Source of the DNA: Candidatus Nanoarchaeia archaeon
GTDB lineage: Archaea; Nanobdellota; Nanobdellia; Woesearchaeales; JACPBV01
Length of the DNA: 64,000 nucleotides
Direction: 5' to 3'
NCBI GenBank assembly: GCA_028279655.1
Contig: JANQNH010000007.1
Location: forward strand, 35,338 to 99,337
Notes under the pieces: model-generated
Database searches by the model: none
What the model was told of the DNA's origin: nothing
Seen by the model: only the letters and a program-made list of their open reading frames with translations
Made by a program: the position numbers and the translations under genes
Part shown: positions 36,376 through 45,596 of the stretch, piece after piece
How positions within the stretch are numbered: position 1 is the stretch's first letter
How the letters are laid out: every line of letters starts with the position of its first letter

Positions 36376-37932
36376 TCAGACCTTCTTAAGAAGATCGACT
36401 ACTCTCTCCTTACCTAATGTAAGGATAAAAGGTGCAAGCTTAGGCCCCCTGTCCTTATCGATAAGCACATTATAACATATCTTAAAGAAATGCTTAGGAT
36501 CCATATCGCTGCCTTTAGCAATGGTGTAGAATTCCTCATACAACAGCTTCTCCTCTGGTTTATCATGCTTCTCAAGATAGTTCAGTAGTTTGTTTAGGGC
36601 ATTTTTCTCATTAACACCAAGTTTAGCCTTGACTTCCTCCTGAACATGGAACCTCATAGCTTCCGGAGCATACTTAGATATCCAGTTAGCGGCACATTCG
36701 ACCCTTACCCTCAACCTATCAATATCTCCTTTGCCCTTAACATTATAGCTCTCCTTTATCTTGCTGAAATCGTTCTCATATATCTGCACCACATTGCATA
36801 GGTGCCTGAAGGAGGGCTGAAGAGGCATCTTGGGTTTGGGCTTTTCAACACAACTTAGCTCATAGATACGCTTCTGTTTCCTATACTCTTTATCATCAAC
36901 CTTCTCTTTCTTGTAATATATCCTCTCACACTTATCAAAATCCTCATATATCTTTATGACATCCAGATCAAACGAGATAGCAAACTCTGTTCCAGGCTTA
37001 GTACCCGCAAAAAGGTATCTGATAATCTCAGGTTCATACACCTGCAGAACATCAGGCAATGTAGTTATATTCCCCTGTGAACTTGAGAATTGGCCCCCTC
37101 CCTTGATACCAATCCAGCCAAAGCCAAAACCAAGTGCATATTCTATATCGTAGACCTCCCTAGCAAGCAACCTTGCTGTATGAAACACACCTCCTGCTGC
37201 ATAATGGTCTTTTCCTGCACTCTCAAAATCAATATCCTTATAATTCCAGAAAGCAGGAACCTGTATCCTATACTTGAATTTAGCCAGTCCTTTTTTTCTG
37301 AAATCAAATTCCTTCCATTTATCCCCAAACCCCTTATATTTCAGGACATAACCGCCAGGATACTCAATCTCAGATACCTCCTCCCTTGTATCTTCGTCAT
37401 ATATAGATACAGGGAGCCAGGAATCAGCCAGTTCTTCTTTCCTAAACCTGTTCAGAACATCCTTGATCTTATCAGTATTCTCAAGTGCTATCTTCATCTC
37501 CTCTGCCATAACACACTTTTCATACTGGACGCTGTTTCTTATTATGGTAGGACTCAGTCCGACTACAGGAAGGTACTGTTCAAAATCAGCGATATGATAC
37601 TCAGCATAGTTCTTATGCTTTGTATCAAAGATGTTTGGGACCTCTGTCAATGGTTTCCTTAATGCCCTCTTCAGCATATCCTGCTTTGGCATGTTCTTAG
37701 GGACCTTCCTGAAAACATCGTAATCATCCCAATAGTGATAATGAATACCTTTCTTTCCCTTGTCATTTATCGCCCTTGCTATAAAATCACCCATGATAAA
37801 CTCCCTAAAGTTACCGATATGCAGCGTACCTGAAGGGGTTGCACCAGTAGCTATCCCATACTCCTTCTTATCCTTTCTCTTTATTATCTTATCCGCTGTC
37901 TGGTCAGCCCAATGCATTGATTCATCCGTCAT
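36376..37932 (-). CDS. lysK: lysyl-tRNA synthetase, class I (archaeal type)
   Basis: GTLHIGNFRE (HIGH), GGGQFSSSQGN (KMSKS equivalent), 518 aa collinear with class I LysRS. Confidence 0.9.
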   Translation of the reverse strand: MTDESMHWADQTADKIIKRKDKKEYGIATGATPSGTLHIGNFREFIMGDFIARAINDKGKKGIHYHYWDDYDVFRKVPKNMPKQDMLKRALRKPLTEVPNIFDTKHKNYAEYHIADFEQYLPVVGLSPTIIRNSVQYEKCVMAEEMKIALENTDKIKDVLNRFRKEELADSWLPVSIYDEDTREEVSEIEYPGGYVLKYKGFGDKWKEFDFRKKGLAKFKYRIQVPAFWNYKDIDFESAGKDHYAAGGVFHTARLLAREVYDIEYALGFGFGWIGIKGGGQFSSSQGNITTLPDVLQVYEPEIIRYLFAGTKPGTEFAISFDLDVIKIYEDFDKCERIYYKKEKVDDKEYRKQKRIYELSCVEKPKPKMPLQPSFRHLCNVVQIYENDFSKIKESYNVKGKGDIDRLRVRVECAANWISKYAPEAMRFHVQEEVKAKLGVNEKNALNKLLNYLEKHDKPEEKLLYEEFYTIAKGSDMDPKHFFKICYNVLIDKDRGPKLAPFILTLGKERVVDLLKKV

Positions 37933-37957
37933 AAAAAGAAGATTATTTCGTGGTTTA

Positions 37958-37970
37958 TATAAAGATTATG
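37958..37970 (-). promoter_or_regulatory. BRE/TATA promoter (CATAATCTTTATA) of lysK
   Basis: Same 13-mer as the asd and gdhA promoters, about 25 nt upstream of the ATG at 37932. Confidence 0.55.
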
Positions 37971-38078
37971 GTTGGTCCTTACAGTAGAAACAGGATTTTT
38001 CCTGGTTTATAGCCATTCCAGAATAGTAAAGATAGAAAAGTATTTAAGTAAAAGAAAATTTTTCAAATCAGAGGGGGA

Positions 38079-40067
38079 ATGACTTTAACTGACTTATTGG
38101 ACAAAGAATATGCAATTAAATTTGTTACAGGGGATAAGGGTAAGTTTGAATGGGGAACCAAACCAAGCGAATTCAAGGCTCTTGTAGATAGGGTAGGAAT
38201 GGAAGCCCTGGTCCTTGGCGGGGATCCAGGCGGAACAAATTTTGACTGGGGACTATATCTTGAAGATAAAAAAGGAAAACTTCACCTCCTGGCATACAAT
38301 AGGGTTCCTCATGGTTATGACAAGGATAAGCCAAAGGAAACTGCACTTCCTTCTTTTCTAAAGGTGATAAACACCTTCTGGGGTGTTGCCCATTTCGCTG
38401 AACAATACTATAATGAGATAGATGCAGATTTCAAACCATTGAAAACAGGAAACTCCATACCAGGAGTTATTGAGGATTATGGTACTAGGTGGGTATCTAC
38501 GAACACACCAGAGTGGCAGAATCTTGAAGATCAGGTAGGGGGAGCCAAAGAGTTCTTCTATCCACATGGTGATGAAACAGCTATAGACATCAGAGGTATG
38601 ATAACAAGCCTAACACATTCTGAAAATAAAACCCAATTATTCAGCGAATTCCGGGCTTACAATGATCTTCGGGCAAACGGTGCAAGAGAAGCCTACCACG
38701 AAGATGGACCAGCTAGAGATGCTGCTCTTTCAATAACCGAGATGATGGGCACTGGAACAAACCTGGCTGTTTACCACATTACTCCTGATGGAAAACTTGT
38801 TGGCCATAATGCAGAGGCAGGATGGGGTGCTTATTTCGGGCGTTATATAACTGAAAAAGTTGCTCTGGAAACAATGGTTAACGATAAAGATACAAAACAG
38901 TATGAAAAGGTAGAAGCGTATGCATGGGAAGAGATAAGATCAGGAAGAGGGTGTGCAGCAGCTCTCAAATTCATGGTTGATGATGAGCTAAAGAAACAAT
39001 CAGATAATGTAGAGCATATATTCAGCCTAAAACCAAAGGATCAACCAGAAGCAATATCTATTGCTGCCCTTGAGGGAGACGTGGCATGCAAAGAAGCGTT
39101 CAATTACATAGGAGACGCAACAGGCGCATTCCTTTATGGCAGAGATAAGATATTCAAAAATCCAAAGATAGTCCTAACCCAGAACATCTACACAAAGAAT
39201 CTTGATCTGATTGCGCAAGGCCTAGTGCTGGGTTATCTTGATTGCATGGAAGATGAAGAGATCAGACCACTATATGAATCATACTTCGGTGGGGCTGCCA
39301 ATGGCCCGGGAGCAGATCTAAGAGAAACGTTAAAACAATCTATTACAGAAAGGAATATGGGTGAACCAGGTGCGGGAGAAGCATTAATAAGCAAGTTCTT
39401 CAATGGAAGGATATCTATCGATCCAGGAACAAAGACCTCCTTGGAGGGAGCAGCACTCTTAGTTACAAAGCCATTATTAGAACAACAGGATAACTATGAA
39501 GAGCCTATGAATGCAAAAGGTACTGACTTCTCTTTTGTTATAGGAGAAAAAGAGATAACCCATAAGATAACATATCACACACCAGAAGATGAAGATGTCA
39601 CATTAGAAGGGAACATTGGGATTGTACCATTCCCAACAACAGAGGTAGAAGGCATAAAACAACCATTAAGCTGTTCCTATGAATCTAAGCAACCAATGAA
39701 GAACCTGATCAGATACAGAGATGTTGCTTCAATAGGAGGATTGATTAAGCTGTATGAATCAGAAACGGGTAAAGAACTTCCAGGAGAAGTAAAAACTCAA
39801 AATGCTCAGTTCATATTAAATCATCACGACGGCACTGATAATTTACGTGATGCTACAAAAAAATGGGCAAATGCTGTTGGCTATACACTAAGAGAGGTAG
39901 CAATACAGTTCAACTACAGCAGCGACAAAAGACTTGATGTTAAAATGGAAGGACTAGATATACCAGAACCTGTACAAGACATGATAAAGAAAGCATACCT
40001 CGATACTGCTTCTAACATAAAAAATGGCCTTGAGATGCATACAAAGAGCATAAGATACGCTGCATAA
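38079..40067 (+). CDS. glucokinase (GLK family, ASKHA fold)-like domain protein with about 200-aa C-terminal extension of unknown function
   Basis: LVLGGDPGGTNFDWGLY (cf. GDxGGTN), YNDLRANG, MGTGTNLAV, AEAGWGAYF, IRSGRGCAAALKFM; 662 aa. Confidence 0.5.
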   Translation: MTLTDLLDKEYAIKFVTGDKGKFEWGTKPSEFKALVDRVGMEALVLGGDPGGTNFDWGLYLEDKKGKLHLLAYNRVPHGYDKDKPKETALPSFLKVINTFWGVAHFAEQYYNEIDADFKPLKTGNSIPGVIEDYGTRWVSTNTPEWQNLEDQVGGAKEFFYPHGDETAIDIRGMITSLTHSENKTQLFSEFRAYNDLRANGAREAYHEDGPARDAALSITEMMGTGTNLAVYHITPDGKLVGHNAEAGWGAYFGRYITEKVALETMVNDKDTKQYEKVEAYAWEEIRSGRGCAAALKFMVDDELKKQSDNVEHIFSLKPKDQPEAISIAALEGDVACKEAFNYIGDATGAFLYGRDKIFKNPKIVLTQNIYTKNLDLIAQGLVLGYLDCMEDEEIRPLYESYFGGAANGPGADLRETLKQSITERNMGEPGAGEALISKFFNGRISIDPGTKTSLEGAALLVTKPLLEQQDNYEEPMNAKGTDFSFVIGEKEITHKITYHTPEDEDVTLEGNIGIVPFPTTEVEGIKQPLSCSYESKQPMKNLIRYRDVASIGGLIKLYESETGKELPGEVKTQNAQFILNHHDGTDNLRDATKKWANAVGYTLREVAIQFNYSSDKRLDVKMEGLDIPEPVQDMIKKAYLDTASNIKNGLEMHTKSIRYAA

Positions 40068-40100
40068 TAGAACACACAATAAACATCACCAAAAAAACAT

Positions 40101-40141
40101 GATCAGATCTTCAATCTCTTAATCCTTTCAGCAGTTTCTTT
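40101..40141. repeat. left 41-bp direct repeat (orphan copy of the aminotransferase 3' end)
   Basis: 38/41 identical to 41111-41151; minus-strand reading gives KETAERIKRLKI-stop versus the gene tail KEAAERIKRLKI-stop. Confidence 0.85.
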
Positions 40142-40147
40142 CTTTTC

Positions 40148-40162
40148 CGAAACATTTAAATA
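40148..40162 (+). promoter_or_regulatory. BRE/TATA promoter CGAAACATTTAAATA of MNT/HEPN-2
   Basis: Identical 15-mer at 61621-61635; 27 nt upstream of ATG. Confidence 0.6.
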
Positions 40163-40177
40163 GAACAACCGTTCTAT
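40160..40177. promoter_or_regulatory. inverted repeat ATAGAAC-aacc-GTTCTAT between TATA and MNT-2 start (operator candidate)
   Basis: Read directly. Confidence 0.4.
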
Positions 40178-40188
40178 AAATAAAACAC

Positions 40189-40716
40189 ATGTTCGATTTA
40201 ACTAAAAAGGAAAACCTTGTACTGGCCCTTATATTAGAAAAGCCAAATAAGGAGTTCTATATCAGGGGGATTGCAAAAAAACTAAAAATAAGCCCAAGCA
40301 CAGCAAAGCTCTCTGTAGACAAATTAAAGAAGCAAGGTCTGATAGTAGAAAAAACATCTCCTGTAGTCCGTATGTTCAGAGCAAACATGGAAAGCAATCT
40401 TGTCCAAGAAAGAAAGAAGATAAAGAACCTGGACATGATAAAAAGATCAGATATTTTGGATAAAATCCAAAATCCAATATCAGCCATATTATTCGGCTCT
40501 TTCGCAAAAGGAACAAATGATGAAAAAAGCGACATTGATATTTTAATAATCACAAATAATAAAAAGCCAATAAACCTACTAGACATAAAAGGGTATGAAC
40601 TGCAGATAATCCAGCTAACTCCCCTGGAATGGAAAGAAAAAGCCAAAGGAGACAAACCATTCTATCAGGAGATAATCACAACAGGAATCCCTTTGAAAGG
40701 TGAACTTCCAGTATGA
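40189..40716 (+). CDS. nucleotidyltransferase (MNT) with N-terminal winged-helix domain
   Basis: ILFGSFAKGTNDEKSDIDILIIT NTase motif; N-terminal IRGIAKKLKISPSTAKLSVDKLKKQGLI HTH. Confidence 0.75.
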   Translation: MFDLTKKENLVLALILEKPNKEFYIRGIAKKLKISPSTAKLSVDKLKKQGLIVEKTSPVVRMFRANMESNLVQERKKIKNLDMIKRSDILDKIQNPISAILFGSFAKGTNDEKSDIDILIITNNKKPINLLDIKGYELQIIQLTPLEWKEKAKGDKPFYQEIITTGIPLKGELPV

Positions 40717-41132
40717 ATATAAAAGAATGTCTAGAAAAAGGTTATCTAAAGAAAACCAAACCAGATAAAGACAAAGCCAGACAATCATTAAAAACAGCTG
40801 AGAATAAATTTGATGAAGCATTAAAATCATTTGAAGCAGAGCTTTTTGAATCAACAATTATCTTTGCATATATGGCCATGTTTCATTCTGCAAGGTCCAT
40901 GCTATTTAAAGACGGGTTTGTAGAAAGAAGCCATATAGCTGTAATAGCCTTCCTAAAAGAGAAATATGAACAAATATTAGGAAAAGAGCTTATTTACGAG
41001 TTCAACACTGTAAGGATAGCAAGGCATGATAGTTTATATGGGCTTGACATAAACTTCTCAAGCAACGAAGCAAAACATATATTAGATATAGCTAAAAAAT
41101 TTATGGATAAGATCAAATCTTCAGTCTCTTAA
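40713..41132 (+). CDS. HEPN-domain protein
   Basis: 139 aa, ...ESTIIFAYMAMFHSARSML...VRIARHDSLYG; ATGA overlap with MNT. Confidence 0.7.
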   Translation: MNIKECLEKGYLKKTKPDKDKARQSLKTAENKFDEALKSFEAELFESTIIFAYMAMFHSARSMLFKDGFVERSHIAVIAFLKEKYEQILGKELIYEFNTVRIARHDSLYGLDINFSSNEAKHILDIAKKFMDKIKSSVS

Positions 41133-41151
41133 TCCTTTCAGCAGCTTCTTT
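41111..41151. repeat. right 41-bp direct repeat (functional 3' end of aminotransferase gene, also encodes the HEPN C-terminus on the other strand)
   Basis: See the left repeat. Confidence 0.85.
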
Positions 41152-42288
41152 ACAGTCATGAACAGAAGGAACTAGTGCAAATCTGACGTATTCTTCTCCA
41201 GGATTAAGATCATCAACAGAGTTAGATATCCAGGAACCAGGTGTAGTTACAATCCCAACATCCTTATCCAGCAGCTTTTTGGCAAAATCCACACAGCCCA
41301 TTCCATCGGGAACCTTCTGCCAGATGTATATGCCTGCCTTAGGGCTGCAATCACTCAACCCTATCTGTGTAAGAGCATCAACAATGATGTCTCTTTTCTT
41401 CTTATAGGATCTCCGGAACTCCTCAACATGTTTCTCATCAAGAAGCGCAGCAGAAGCAGCATCCTGTATAAAAGTAGCTGTCCCTGAGTCTATATTTGTC
41501 TTTACCTTCTTAAAGATATCAACAACCCAGGGGTCACCCATCACCCAGCCTACCCTATAGGTAGTCATTGCACTTCTCTTGCTCAAACTCTGTATAGCAA
41601 AGACCCCTTCTCTTTCTAACTCTAATATAGAGATTGGCTTTTCATCATAATAAAGCTCTGTATAACATTCATCCGACCCAATTATTACATTGTTATCCTT
41701 TCCAAAGTCAATAACCTCTTTTAACTTCTCTTTGGAGATCATCGCACCAGTAGGGTTGTTTGGATAATTTACCCACATAATCTTAGCCTTCTTCCGAACA
41801 TCAGCAGGTACCTTATCAAGATCAGGAAGAAAACCATTTGAAGAGAGTAAAGGATAGAAATAAGGTTTTCCTTCTGCAAACAAGGTTCCTCTCTCATAAG
41901 GAGGATATCCGGGATTAGGCATTATAACATAATCTCCAGGATTCACAAAACCTTCAGGAAGGTTAAACACTGCCTCCTTTGCACCTAGGCTGCTACAGAT
42001 CTCAGTATCAACATCAAGTTCAACACCGAACCTTCCCACTACCCACTTAGCAACAGTCTCCCTAAAATCACTGGAACCTATATAAGAAGGATAGCCAGAA
42101 CTCATCTGCTTATCGATGGCCCTCTTGCAATAATTCCTAATCAATCCAGGGGTAGGCTCCTTAGGATCCCCAACACCAAAATCAATTGGCTCTATCCCCA
42201 GCTTCCTAAGCTTAGCTACCTCATTATCAACATCAGCAAACGCATAACTCCCTATAGACTTTACCCTGTCACTAGCCTCAACCTTCAT
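41113..42288 (-). CDS. class I/II aminotransferase, candidate LL-diaminopimelate aminotransferase (DapL) or DapC-like
   Basis: PLP-lysine block QSLSKRSAMTTYRVGW, NYPNNPTG; the only aminotransferase among the DAP-pathway genes here; no dapD/dapE seen in the window. Confidence 0.6.
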   Translation of the reverse strand: MKVEASDRVKSIGSYAFADVDNEVAKLRKLGIEPIDFGVGDPKEPTPGLIRNYCKRAIDKQMSSGYPSYIGSSDFRETVAKWVVGRFGVELDVDTEICSSLGAKEAVFNLPEGFVNPGDYVIMPNPGYPPYERGTLFAEGKPYFYPLLSSNGFLPDLDKVPADVRKKAKIMWVNYPNNPTGAMISKEKLKEVIDFGKDNNVIIGSDECYTELYYDEKPISILELEREGVFAIQSLSKRSAMTTYRVGWVMGDPWVVDIFKKVKTNIDSGTATFIQDAASAALLDEKHVEEFRRSYKKKRDIIVDALTQIGLSDCSPKAGIYIWQKVPDGMGCVDFAKKLLDKDVGIVTTPGSWISNSVDDLNPGEEYVRFALVPSVHDCKEAAERIKRLKI

Positions 42289-42353
42289 GATAAGAAGAAA
42301 AATAGATATGCTATTTATAAACTTTTTGTGATTATAATAACTAGATTCTGGTA

Positions 42354-43340
42354 TTACTTGGCCTTGTACAGTACAATAGTGCCCAGAGGTAATTTCCTAG
42401 GATCTATCTCGCTTGCCTTATGCAGCCTTTTTCCAATCATATAGTATGTAGATGGGCTTTTCCAGTTCTTGCCAGCATGGCTATAAGGTGTCCTTTTATC
42501 GCCTTCAAGCCTCCCTATCTCATAGTCCTTAAACATCTTTGTCCTTATAAGGTATCTTCTTAAAGATTCAATCTCTTTATCCTCTCTTCGGGTATTAACC
42601 TTGATCTCATCGGTTGGGCTAAGGATTTGTTCTGGTTCTTTAGGTGATTTAGAGCCATACAGTACCTTCTCAAGCCCTGGCTCAGCAACGACCAATCTTC
42701 CTGCTCTTACATCCGGATCATAGCCAGGTCCTTCCCCTAATCCCATCTTCTTCCTTGATTTAGGAGAAGCAAGCAGCATAGCACATTTTCTGTATCTGTG
42801 GGGTTTTGGATGCCACCTATTAGGCTCTCCATAAGAGACCATAGAGTGTGTAAGGATCCTCTCATCTTTGATACCATATTTCCTCTTTAGTTTAGATAAA
42901 AGATTCCTAAGAGAACGATACTGCTCTGCTGTTATATCCTTCTTATGGGAACCCTGCATCTCTATCCCAATACTGGAATCATTAAGCTTGGTTCTTCCCT
43001 CCCACATGCTTGTTCCTGCATGATGCGCAACCTTATCATCATCAATGACCTGGTGTACACCACCCCTATCATCAATAAAGTAATGGGCACTGCCTTTTTC
43101 CTTAACATCGTATATCCCATTGAAGTTTCCTTCAGATGTATGCAATATTATCAGGTCTGTCAGATCCCTGTTCCTTCTTTTATCATTTTCAGGACTCATA
43201 AAAGACTTGTCAACATAGAGTTCTGCTTCTGAAAAAACGTATGAAGGACAAGTCAAGACAGCAATACCAACAGCTACTCTGCTGAAAAAGCCCCTACGTG
43301 TCATCTTTTCAAGACCCACTGATGGTTTTTCTTTTTTCAT
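42354..43340 (-). CDS. N-acetylmuramoyl-L-alanine amidase (Amidase_2/PGRP fold) with twin-arginine signal and C-terminal extension
   Basis: MTRRGFFSRVAVGIAVL Tat motif; LIILHTSEG, SAHYFIDDRGGVHQVI, AHHAG, NDSSIGIEMQG, ILTHSMV...RKC. Confidence 0.75.
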   Translation of the reverse strand: MKKEKPSVGLEKMTRRGFFSRVAVGIAVLTCPSYVFSEAELYVDKSFMSPENDKRRNRDLTDLIILHTSEGNFNGIYDVKEKGSAHYFIDDRGGVHQVIDDDKVAHHAGTSMWEGRTKLNDSSIGIEMQGSHKKDITAEQYRSLRNLLSKLKRKYGIKDERILTHSMVSYGEPNRWHPKPHRYRKCAMLLASPKSRKKMGLGEGPGYDPDVRAGRLVVAEPGLEKVLYGSKSPKEPEQILSPTDEIKVNTRREDKEIESLRRYLIRTKMFKDYEIGRLEGDKRTPYSHAGKNWKSPSTYYMIGKRLHKASEIDPRKLPLGTIVLYKAK

Positions 43341-43377
43341 CTAACAGTATAATATAGTTTTCTAAAAAAGTTCACAA

Positions 43378-43809
43378 CTAGCTGAGATAACTAGTATCAC
43401 CTGCATCTATCTTAGTGACATTTACCTCATCATCAGATACTGAATAAGGATAAGGTATCAGCCATTTAAGCCTCAATTTATGGTTAAATAATCCAACCAA
43501 TCTGCGGCTTAATAGTTGTTCAGGATCATCAACACCTGCACTATCAAGGAAGTCGTTCAGTGAATCCTTATCAAAAAAGGTGAGTTCTTTGTATGTTTTC
43601 CTACCATCTGAGCTAGGCACTATTCTCTCCAATCCAAGTTTGGTCTCACCTTTAGAGCCAAATAACTGTACATTATCCACCCTGACAGCCTGAACCTTAT
43701 ATTTGCCATTAGCTCTAGCAAGAACCTGGTCCCTCATAGCTATCTCATTACGCCAGAAACCAAGCCCCATATCATACATTGCATATGCTCGTAAACGATC
43801 TGTTCTCAT
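43378..43809 (-). CDS. hypothetical protein (operon member E)
   Basis: 143-aa ORF, no family recognised; 37 nt upstream of the amidase gene. Confidence 0.5.
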   Translation of the reverse strand: MRTDRLRAYAMYDMGLGFWRNEIAMRDQVLARANGKYKVQAVRVDNVQLFGSKGETKLGLERIVPSSDGRKTYKELTFFDKDSLNDFLDSAGVDDPEQLLSRRLVGLFNHKLRLKWLIPYPYSVSDDEVNVTKIDAGDTSYLS

Positions 43810-43822
43810 TTCAACCCCCTAA

Positions 43823-44278
43823 TCAGTCACACCTCTTACAATCACATCCAGGCAAAGGCTTATAGAACTCTCCTTTACAGTCTCGACTCTGATAATCATG
43901 AAGGTGTCTTTGGTATCCCCTCATGCTTCCATAAGGGGCAATCTCCCTTTCATCGCACTCCATATTTGCCATCATAAGCTGGTACTCATGATGCCTTCGA
44001 TTATGCTCCAGGTCATCTTTGTTCAATACCCTCTTTACTCTTGGATACCTATATTTTTTATATTCCCCAAGATGGAAATCACTAATTCGATCTAAAAAAG
44101 AACCTATCCTGCTAAGTTCAGAATCTAGAGATCCTGAATCCACCGGCCTAGAATCAGCAATCCTTGAATCTACAGAGCTTGCCCTCCTGCCAATCTTAAC
44201 ATCCCTAAGTTTAGATATATATGGCCTTGCGATGATTACAGCCAATGCTCCGTATACGATTGCTTCTCTAAAGTTCAT
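43823..44278 (-). CDS. hypothetical N-terminally anchored protein with Ser/Asp repeats and C-terminal Cys cluster (operon member D)
   Basis: ATG at 44278 preceded by GGAGG; one TM (AIVYGALAVIIA), VDSRIADSRPVDSGSLDSELS, CKGEFYKPLPGCDCKRCD. Confidence 0.5.
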   Translation of the reverse strand: MNFREAIVYGALAVIIARPYISKLRDVKIGRRASSVDSRIADSRPVDSGSLDSELSRIGSFLDRISDFHLGEYKKYRYPRVKRVLNKDDLEHNRRHHEYQLMMANMECDEREIAPYGSMRGYQRHLHDYQSRDCKGEFYKPLPGCDCKRCD

Positions 44279-44290
44279 TTGATCCTCCAA

Positions 44291-44602
44291 CTAACACTCT
44301 TCTGGACCAGACTGCGCTATGTTGAGAGCTTCATCTAATCCATGATAAAACAACCTTGCATAAGTCATGAACTTATCATAGTTTGGATGTGACTCGTTCT
44401 TCCCAGTAAGCACCATATATTCCTCATCAGCAGACATCATATCCTCTATTCGTTCAATAACGCCTCTTTTCATATAGACTATCTCCTTGGATGAGAAATA
44501 ATCAGGCAATAATCCTTTCCCGAAAAGGAAAAGATTCTCTATCTTATCGCTATTCTTGATAAACTTATTCTCCAAAGATTGTATTCTTCCTTCTGTATTC
44601 AT
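44291..44602 (-). CDS. hypothetical soluble protein (operon member C)
   Basis: 103 aa from the ATG at 44602, which overlaps the upstream stop (ATGA). Confidence 0.5.
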   Translation of the reverse strand: MNTEGRIQSLENKFIKNSDKIENLFLFGKGLLPDYFSSKEIVYMKRGVIERIEDMMSADEEYMVLTGKNESHPNYDKFMTYARLFYHGLDEALNIAQSGPEEC

Positions 44603-45141
44603 TTTTTCTTTCCTCCATAATCCTCTGAAGGCCCTGGTTTTCCTGCAAATAACCCTACAACAGAACTTCCGATATTTGTTCCCCACCTAATGGCTCCACC
44701 AACCAATCCACCATAAAGGATAGTGTACATTAAAGGTGCCATCTCTCCGTCTGAGTAGCATTCGGCAGTTGCCTTTAGATTATCAATTGTTGTAGCAACA
44801 TAATCTATGGATTGAGCAGCTGTCTGTTCATCCAAGGCAGCTCCTGCCTTGCATGCTGCTGCAATGAGCCCTAGATAAGCAAATGTTTGAACAGATCCTC
44901 TAAGGAATTTAGGCCACTTCCCATCAATAGCCTTTCCCGCCATATATGATGCAACTAATGCTCCCGAAGTAGCTGCAATGTCAGGAAGCTTAGAGCCTTC
45001 GCCAAGTATATTCTCAAGCCTCCCATTATCTAGCGTATCAAATCCTCCATTGTATAACCTGCCCAATAGAGGACCCATCGCTCCGTACAATGCATATCTA
45101 AGTTCATGCTTCGCATTCCTAAGACCAGATCTGATTCCCAT
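44599..45141 (-). CDS. hypothetical Gly/Ala-rich hydrophobic protein (operon member B)
   Basis: 180 aa with glycine-zipper-like stretches (LYGGLVGGAIRWGTNIGSSVVGLFAG). Confidence 0.5.
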   Translation of the reverse strand: MGIRSGLRNAKHELRYALYGAMGPLLGRLYNGGFDTLDNGRLENILGEGSKLPDIAATSGALVASYMAGKAIDGKWPKFLRGSVQTFAYLGLIAAACKAGAALDEQTAAQSIDYVATTIDNLKATAECYSDGEMAPLMYTILYGGLVGGAIRWGTNIGSSVVGLFAGKPGPSEDYGGKKK

Positions 45142-45143
45142 TC

Positions 45144-45428
45144 TTACTCTTGCCCTCTATATTTTATGCCATACCCTCTTGCAGGACTTGTCCTGATAGT
45201 CTCTTCGTACTTAGGGTTTGAGTTTATTACCTCACTCTGAGTATTTGGATCATCACTATTTGTAGTGACAGAGCCATACTCAATCTCGGCAAGTGTCAAC
45301 CTCATTCCTCTCTTGGTTGCTTTTGAGCATCCTCCAGCTGCTAAAACTATAGGGACAAGACCGACTATAGCTGCATCTCTTACAATCGCCCCTAATCCTT
45401 TCTTTTGTGCCATTGGTTTGTTTTGCAT
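45144..45428 (-). CDS. hypothetical lipoprotein-like protein (operon member A)
   Basis: 94 aa, signal with LAAGGC lipobox; GGGAGG SD upstream. Confidence 0.5.
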   Translation of the reverse strand: MQNKPMAQKKGLGAIVRDAAIVGLVPIVLAAGGCSKATKRGMRLTLAEIEYGSVTTNSDDPNTQSEVINSNPKYEETIRTSPARGYGIKYRGQE

Positions 45429-45527
45429 TTTCTGCCTCCCAAGTTTTCAGTTTTCAAAGTAAACTTGTATCAGCAAGAAAAAGTAGAAACAGCATTAATT
45501 TTCACTGACATAGGGAAAGAAATAGGC

Positions 45528-45541
45528 ATGACATATGTCAT
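45528..45541. promoter_or_regulatory. perfect palindrome ATGACATATGTCAT (operator candidate), copy 1
   Basis: Identical to 47499-47512; about 100 nt upstream of operon member A. Confidence 0.55.
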
Positions 45542-45596
45542 TGGTAGTTGTACAGAAAGACAGAGCAGAAGCTAGACCATTAATAAAGCTAAAGAA

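Larger units (their letters stand above)
40101..41151 (+). mobile_element. MNT/HEPN cassette bounded by 41-bp direct repeats (possible integrated cassette)
   Basis: Repeats exactly 1010 bp apart enclosing its own promoter, operator-like inverted repeat and two genes. Confidence 0.4.
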
